This document shows, piece after piece, positions 21,829 through 25,557 of a stretch of DNA of 25,557 nt. Each line of letters begins with the position of its first letter. Position 1 is the stretch's first letter. The translations under genes and the position numbers were made by a program. The stretch comes from a virus (Duplodnaviria; Caudoviricetes): positions 1-25,557 of the IMG/VR virus record IMGVR_UViG_3300023227_000027, one strand, 5' to 3'. A model generated the notes under the pieces. That model made no database searches. It saw only the letters and a list, made by a program, of their open reading frames with translations, and was not told the origin of the DNA.

Positions 21829-23390
21829 GAGCCACCTCCGAGGTATTTCGATTTATCGAATTTCACGCCATCGGCCACCGAGGGCGCGCGCGGCGCGGGC
21901 GCTGTTCCCGCCGGGCGCTTGTCGCCATGCGGCACAAATCGGGTGTAGCATTTCTCGAAGACGGCTTTGACCGCACTCGTGCGACCGGTGCGGCGCTTCT
22001 CCTGATACCACCAGACCTCGATCCGCACGAGGCCGGGCTGCACTTGCGAATTGCCCGCCGTATCTTCGGGCGGCATGTAGAGAAAGATCATGCGATCGGC
22101 ATCGTGATAGATGGCCTGGCTCTCGCGCAGATCGCCGCGGTGCGGCATGCGGTGGATCAGCTTGCCATCTTCGTCGTGCTTGGCCTGTCGAGATTCGGAG
22201 AGGCCGCTCTCATTGAGCTGCGCGGCGACCACCATCACACAATCGAGCTCGCGCTGCAGGGCTTGGAGCTGGTGCGAGACAAAGGCCACGCGGGCCTCGC
22301 TATTACTCAGGCCCTTCCGATCGGTATCGAAGATTTGCAGGTAATCGACCAGGATCACATCGGGCGTGCCGTGCAGGTGACACCAGGCGCGGGCATGCGA
22401 GCAGAGATCCTCGATCGTCGCCAGTGGCGAGGCCGCTTCGTTTTCGATACAGAAGAGGCGCTTATTCGCCCACTCCTCGATCATGCGTTCCATCTCGTCG
22501 GAAAAGGCTTTCTGGCGATCCACCGGCTGATCCTCGATATCGAGATCATACCCCACCTCGGCGCTCGCCATCATCTTGCAAAATCCTTTTACCCCCGTTT
22601 CCCGCACATAAGCCAGGACACGCTGCCCCTGGTGGAGCGAGGCCCGCGCGATCTGGCGCAGTGCCACACTCTTGCCGTGCCCGGAGCCGCCCCCGATCAC
22701 GATAAATTTATCATCGGCCCCACCGGCGCCAAAAGGTTTACACTGCGCATCGAAGCGCTCAAGCCCACTCGGCACCCAGCGACTGCGATCCACTTTGCCC
22801 GAGGCCAGCGCGAGCACTTCATCCTTGGCCGAATCGATCTTTTCCTCGAGGGATTGCTTCGCCGCCTTGCGCCCGAGCCCGATCAGCTTGCGGCCAATAT
22901 CCGCCGCGCTCTCGGCAAACTTATCGCGGGTCGAGAAATCAAGGGCCGATTCACGCAGACTCGCCGCGAGCTTCACCGTGTGGCGCATCTCCCAAAGCAG
23001 CACCACAAGCTCGGCATAATAGCGCGTATTGGCCGAGGTGCTCGCGCTGGCCGTCATTTCCGATAGGGCCTGCACACCGCCGATCTTCTCAAGATCGCCG
23101 CGCAGCTGCAGCTCTTCCGCCAGCACCGCCACATCGACCCCCGACTGCCCCGCCTGGCGCAGCTCGTGGATCAGCCCCCATACGAGGCCACTCGCGGGCT
23201 CGTAAAATGCCTTCGCCTTCACCCCGCAATTCACCGCGATCGCCCAGGCTTCGCCGGTATCATCGGCGATCACGCTCGAGATCAGCCGGTGCTCAGCCTC
23301 GATCGAGTGCGGCGGCGCCTGCCCGCCGATCACCTCGATCTCCTGCCCCGCAGGCCCGACGATATGCTCGACTCGTTTCTCGGCGCTCAT
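21825..23390 (-). CDS. dnaB: DnaB-like replicative helicase
   Basis: N-terminal PPHSIEAE, Walker A GGSGHGKS, Walker B ILVDYLQ, plus AAQLN, DLRES.AI..DAD and KRRTG motifs. Confidence 0.92.
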   Translation of the reverse strand: MSAEKRVEHIVGPAGQEIEVIGGQAPPHSIEAEHRLISSVIADDTGEAWAIAVNCGVKAKAFYEPASGLVWGLIHELRQAGQSGVDVAVLAEELQLRGDLEKIGGVQALSEMTASASTSANTRYYAELVVLLWEMRHTVKLAASLRESALDFSTRDKFAESAADIGRKLIGLGRKAAKQSLEEKIDSAKDEVLALASGKVDRSRWVPSGLERFDAQCKPFGAGGADDKFIVIGGGSGHGKSVALRQIARASLHQGQRVLAYVRETGVKGFCKMMASAEVGYDLDIEDQPVDRQKAFSDEMERMIEEWANKRLFCIENEAASPLATIEDLCSHARAWCHLHGTPDVILVDYLQIFDTDRKGLSNSEARVAFVSHQLQALQRELDCVMVVAAQLNESGLSESRQAKHDEDGKLIHRMPHRGDLRESQAIYHDADRMIFLYMPPEDTAGNSQVQPGLVRIEVWWYQEKRRTGRTSAVKAVFEKCYTRFVPHGDKRPAGTAPAPRAPSVADGVKFDKSKYLGGGS

Positions 23391-24118
23391 GATACCACCT
23401 CCACCCCGCCGGTGTGCGCATTGACCAACTTCGGATCAAACGGCACCGCGGGCGCCCCGCCGATAAATTTTTTGTCGGAACCAGAATTTCCCGAAGGCCC
23501 GAACTCGGTCGTGCGGCGCTGCCAATTCCGGCACGCGGCGCGCCAGTCTTTGATCGTGGTCTTGCCGCCTTGCTTCCAGCCATTGGCTGAGAAGTGATCG
23601 TGAAACTTCTCTGCTTCGAGTTTCGATAAGCTGATTGTCTCTGCATAGGAGATGACTTCTGCAAGATCTCTCGGCCGCTTTGCGGTCGCGACTACGCCTT
23701 CGACTACGTCTTCGGATACGACTACGACTGAGTGCGCATCTGCTTTCTTCTGCGTATCGCCTGATATTTCTTGCGTAGCATCTGCGATCATTGGCGCATC
23801 ACATGAGGGAAACTTGCTGGCAGAGCGCCTTTGTTGGCCGAAATTAACCACTTCCAAATAGTGTTTACCTTTTGATTCGTAGAGCTTTATCAGCTTCGCC
23901 TTGGCCACCTCGGCCAGCATCCGCTTGATCATCGGCTCTTTCACGCGGTCGATGCGCAAGGGATAGAGCGCCGCGCGCAGGAGCCCCGCATGCGCTTCCG
24001 TGCGCCCGTAATCGTCCACAATGGACAACAAGCGCCGGAAAAACACCTCACCCTCAACGGAAAGCTCGTTTATTTTCTCCGAAGTGAGGATCCCGGCTCT
24101 GATAATTCTGTTTGGCAT
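23387..24118 (-). CDS. Phage replication initiator / replisome organiser
   Basis: N-terminal NRII...VDDYGR and C-terminal FHDHFSANGW..G...KDWRAACRNW motifs. Coupled to the helicase gene. Confidence 0.75.
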   Translation of the reverse strand: MPNRIIRAGILTSEKINELSVEGEVFFRRLLSIVDDYGRTEAHAGLLRAALYPLRIDRVKEPMIKRMLAEVAKAKLIKLYESKGKHYLEVVNFGQQRRSASKFPSCDAPMIADATQEISGDTQKKADAHSVVVVSEDVVEGVVATAKRPRDLAEVISYAETISLSKLEAEKFHDHFSANGWKQGGKTTIKDWRAACRNWQRRTTEFGPSGNSGSDKKFIGGAPAVPFDPKLVNAHTGGVEVVS

Positions 24119-24130
24119 AGTTCTGTGTCC

Positions 24131-24493
24131 TTAAATTTTGATCGGGAGCTCTTGTTGATCGCGGCTCCGCACGAGAGGCCGGAGCCGATGAGCCAACGAC
24201 TCGCGGCCGGGCTCGGGTTTCAAATCCTGATGTTTGGTGCGCAGAGCGCTCAGCAGATCCGCGAGCCAGGCGCCATTGCCCAGCTCGGTCTCCTGGTCGA
24301 GTAGATCGTGGCAGAGCTCGAAGAGCCCCGCGAAATACGGCGTCTCCCGTAACCACTTGCCGTAAGCGATCACCTCCGTGTGCGAGGGGTGCACGCTGCG
24401 CTCGCCGCCATCCCGATGAGGCCACACGAAGCCGCCCGGCAAAGGATTGTCGTTGAGGTAACGCATCGATGCGTCTCGCGTCCAGAGAGTCAC
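24131..24493 (-). CDS. Hypothetical protein
   Basis: 120 aa from GTG 24493 (GTGA overlap with the upstream stop). Confidence 0.6.
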   Translation of the reverse strand: MTLWTRDASMRYLNDNPLPGGFVWPHRDGGERSVHPSHTEVIAYGKWLRETPYFAGLFELCHDLLDQETELGNGAWLADLLSALRTKHQDLKPEPGRESLAHRLRPLVRSRDQQELPIKI

Positions 24494-24756
24494 GGCACGA
24501 GCTCCTCGAGTTCCTGGATCTCCACCCACAACCGCCAAGCCTTCCGGCACTTCACGATCCCCACCACCATCGCAAAGCAGAGGATCCCAATAAAGATACC
24601 CACCTGCGCCGGTTGATCCACGATCAAGAGAAAGAGCACCGCCAAGCACTCCACGATCCCCGCGATCGCGATATCCACGAGCGTCATGATATAGCGATCC
24701 CGCAGCCCCCACTGAGCCGCTGCCGGGTCAATATGCCGAATGGTCGAGCGCTTCAT
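24490..24756 (-). CDS. Small membrane protein (two predicted TM helices)
   Basis: Hydrophobic stretches IAIAGIVECLAVLFLLIV and VGIFIGILCFAMVVGIV. Confidence 0.6.
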   Translation of the reverse strand: MKRSTIRHIDPAAAQWGLRDRYIMTLVDIAIAGIVECLAVLFLLIVDQPAQVGIFIGILCFAMVVGIVKCRKAWRLWVEIQELEELVP

Positions 24757-24923
24757 GCTGCCGCCTTGGTTGAAGGAATGAGGGCAGCCTGCGCCGCGGT
24801 GCGGGTCAGATACTGGCCATCATAAACGCGGGCCGTGCCGGAATTGACCGGCCGCGCAATCGTCCAGCCCCCTTGCGGGTGCGGCACGATCGCGGGATTG
24901 GGGTTATTAGTTAGGGTTTTCAT
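24753..24923 (-). CDS. Small hypothetical protein (56 aa)
   Basis: Manual translation MKTLTNNPNPAIVPHPQGGWTIARP...KAAA*. Fills the gap and overlaps the next gene by ATGA. Not in the ORF track. Confidence 0.55.
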   Translation of the reverse strand: MKTLTNNPNPAIVPHPQGGWTIARPVNSGTARVYDGQYLTRTAAQAALIPSTKAAA

Positions 24924-24935
24924 AAGAGTAGTTTT

Positions 24936-25478
24936 TCAGTAGTGGCCGGGGCGCCGCGGGCAGTTGCCCACATGAAACCAAACGCCCGGGCGCTTCGGCT
25001 CCTTCGCCTTGAGCTTCATCCCAGCGCGGAAATTGCGATTCACCTTCACCTTCACCAGCACCTCGGCGCCGCCCGGCGTCGTCGCGTGCAGCACGAGCGG
25101 ATTGCGCGAGAGCTTCGCGACCGTGAGCTCGATCATCGGCCGATCCGCCGCCTCGACCTGTTTCGCCACCGCATCCGCACCCGTAAAATTTTTCTCTGGC
25201 GCCGGGGCCTCATTCGGAGCCGCTGGGGTAGCTTCCGCGGGCTCCGCTTTCGGAGCGGCCTTTGCCTTGGCCTCGCCGGGCTCTGCCCAGCCGAACACCT
25301 CCGCATCTAAGCCCAGCCCCTCGAGCAATTTTTCCAGACCCTCTTTCTGATAGTGCACCACGTGCTTGATCAGATCCCAATCGCCGGGCCTCGTGAGGGT
25401 TTCCTTTCTCAGCTTGGCAATCCGTGTCTTCGGGATCCCGATCACTCTCGCGACCATCGGCTCAGGGTAGGTCGTCAT
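24936..25478 (-). CDS. Hypothetical protein with N-terminal HTH-like motif
   Basis: EPMVARVIGIPKTRIAKLRK, an Ala/Pro linker and a basic beta-rich C-terminus. AAAGGGGG upstream. Confidence 0.65.
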   Translation of the reverse strand: MTTYPEPMVARVIGIPKTRIAKLRKETLTRPGDWDLIKHVVHYQKEGLEKLLEGLGLDAEVFGWAEPGEAKAKAAPKAEPAEATPAAPNEAPAPEKNFTGADAVAKQVEAADRPMIELTVAKLSRNPLVLHATTPGGAEVLVKVKVNRNFRAGMKLKAKEPKRPGVWFHVGNCPRRPGHY

Positions 25479-25557
25479 GATAGAGCCCCCTTTGTAAATA
25501 ATTCTTCGGAGCCTGGACCCATTAAGAGGGAAACCACCCCCCCCTTATCCCCCGACC

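Noticed and set aside
1-25557. Integron integrase or other tyrosine recombinase
   Set aside because: No ORF of suitable size shows the R...HxxR...Y motifs. One may lie outside the window or in the host.

Overview
Fragment of a tailed dsDNA (pro)phage with almost all genes on the minus strand. From right to left: a replication module (initiator plus DnaB-like helicase), small middle genes, a 7-kb accessory block, terminase large subunit, portal, scaffold, major capsid protein, head-completion and tail-fibre-like genes, an S26-like peptidase and a truncated prepilin-like gene. The accessory block (13342-20350) is an array of 16 integron-type gene cassettes, each closed by an attC-like hairpin. 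The 7-bp core opening each cassette is the reverse complement of the inverse core in its own attC (15 of 16 perfect, one 6/7). No integrase is present in the window. Unlike classical cassettes, 15 of 16 carry genes antisense to attC. Ten genes have their likely start codon inside their own attC. Every gene that crosses a crossover point does so in the same frame (AAC/TAC codon) and borrows its stop codon from the neighbouring DNA. Removing the array restores a clean phage gene junction. A second family of REP-like inverted and heptamer repeats occupies intergenic spaces. Product calls rest on motifs and synteny only; no database searches were run.
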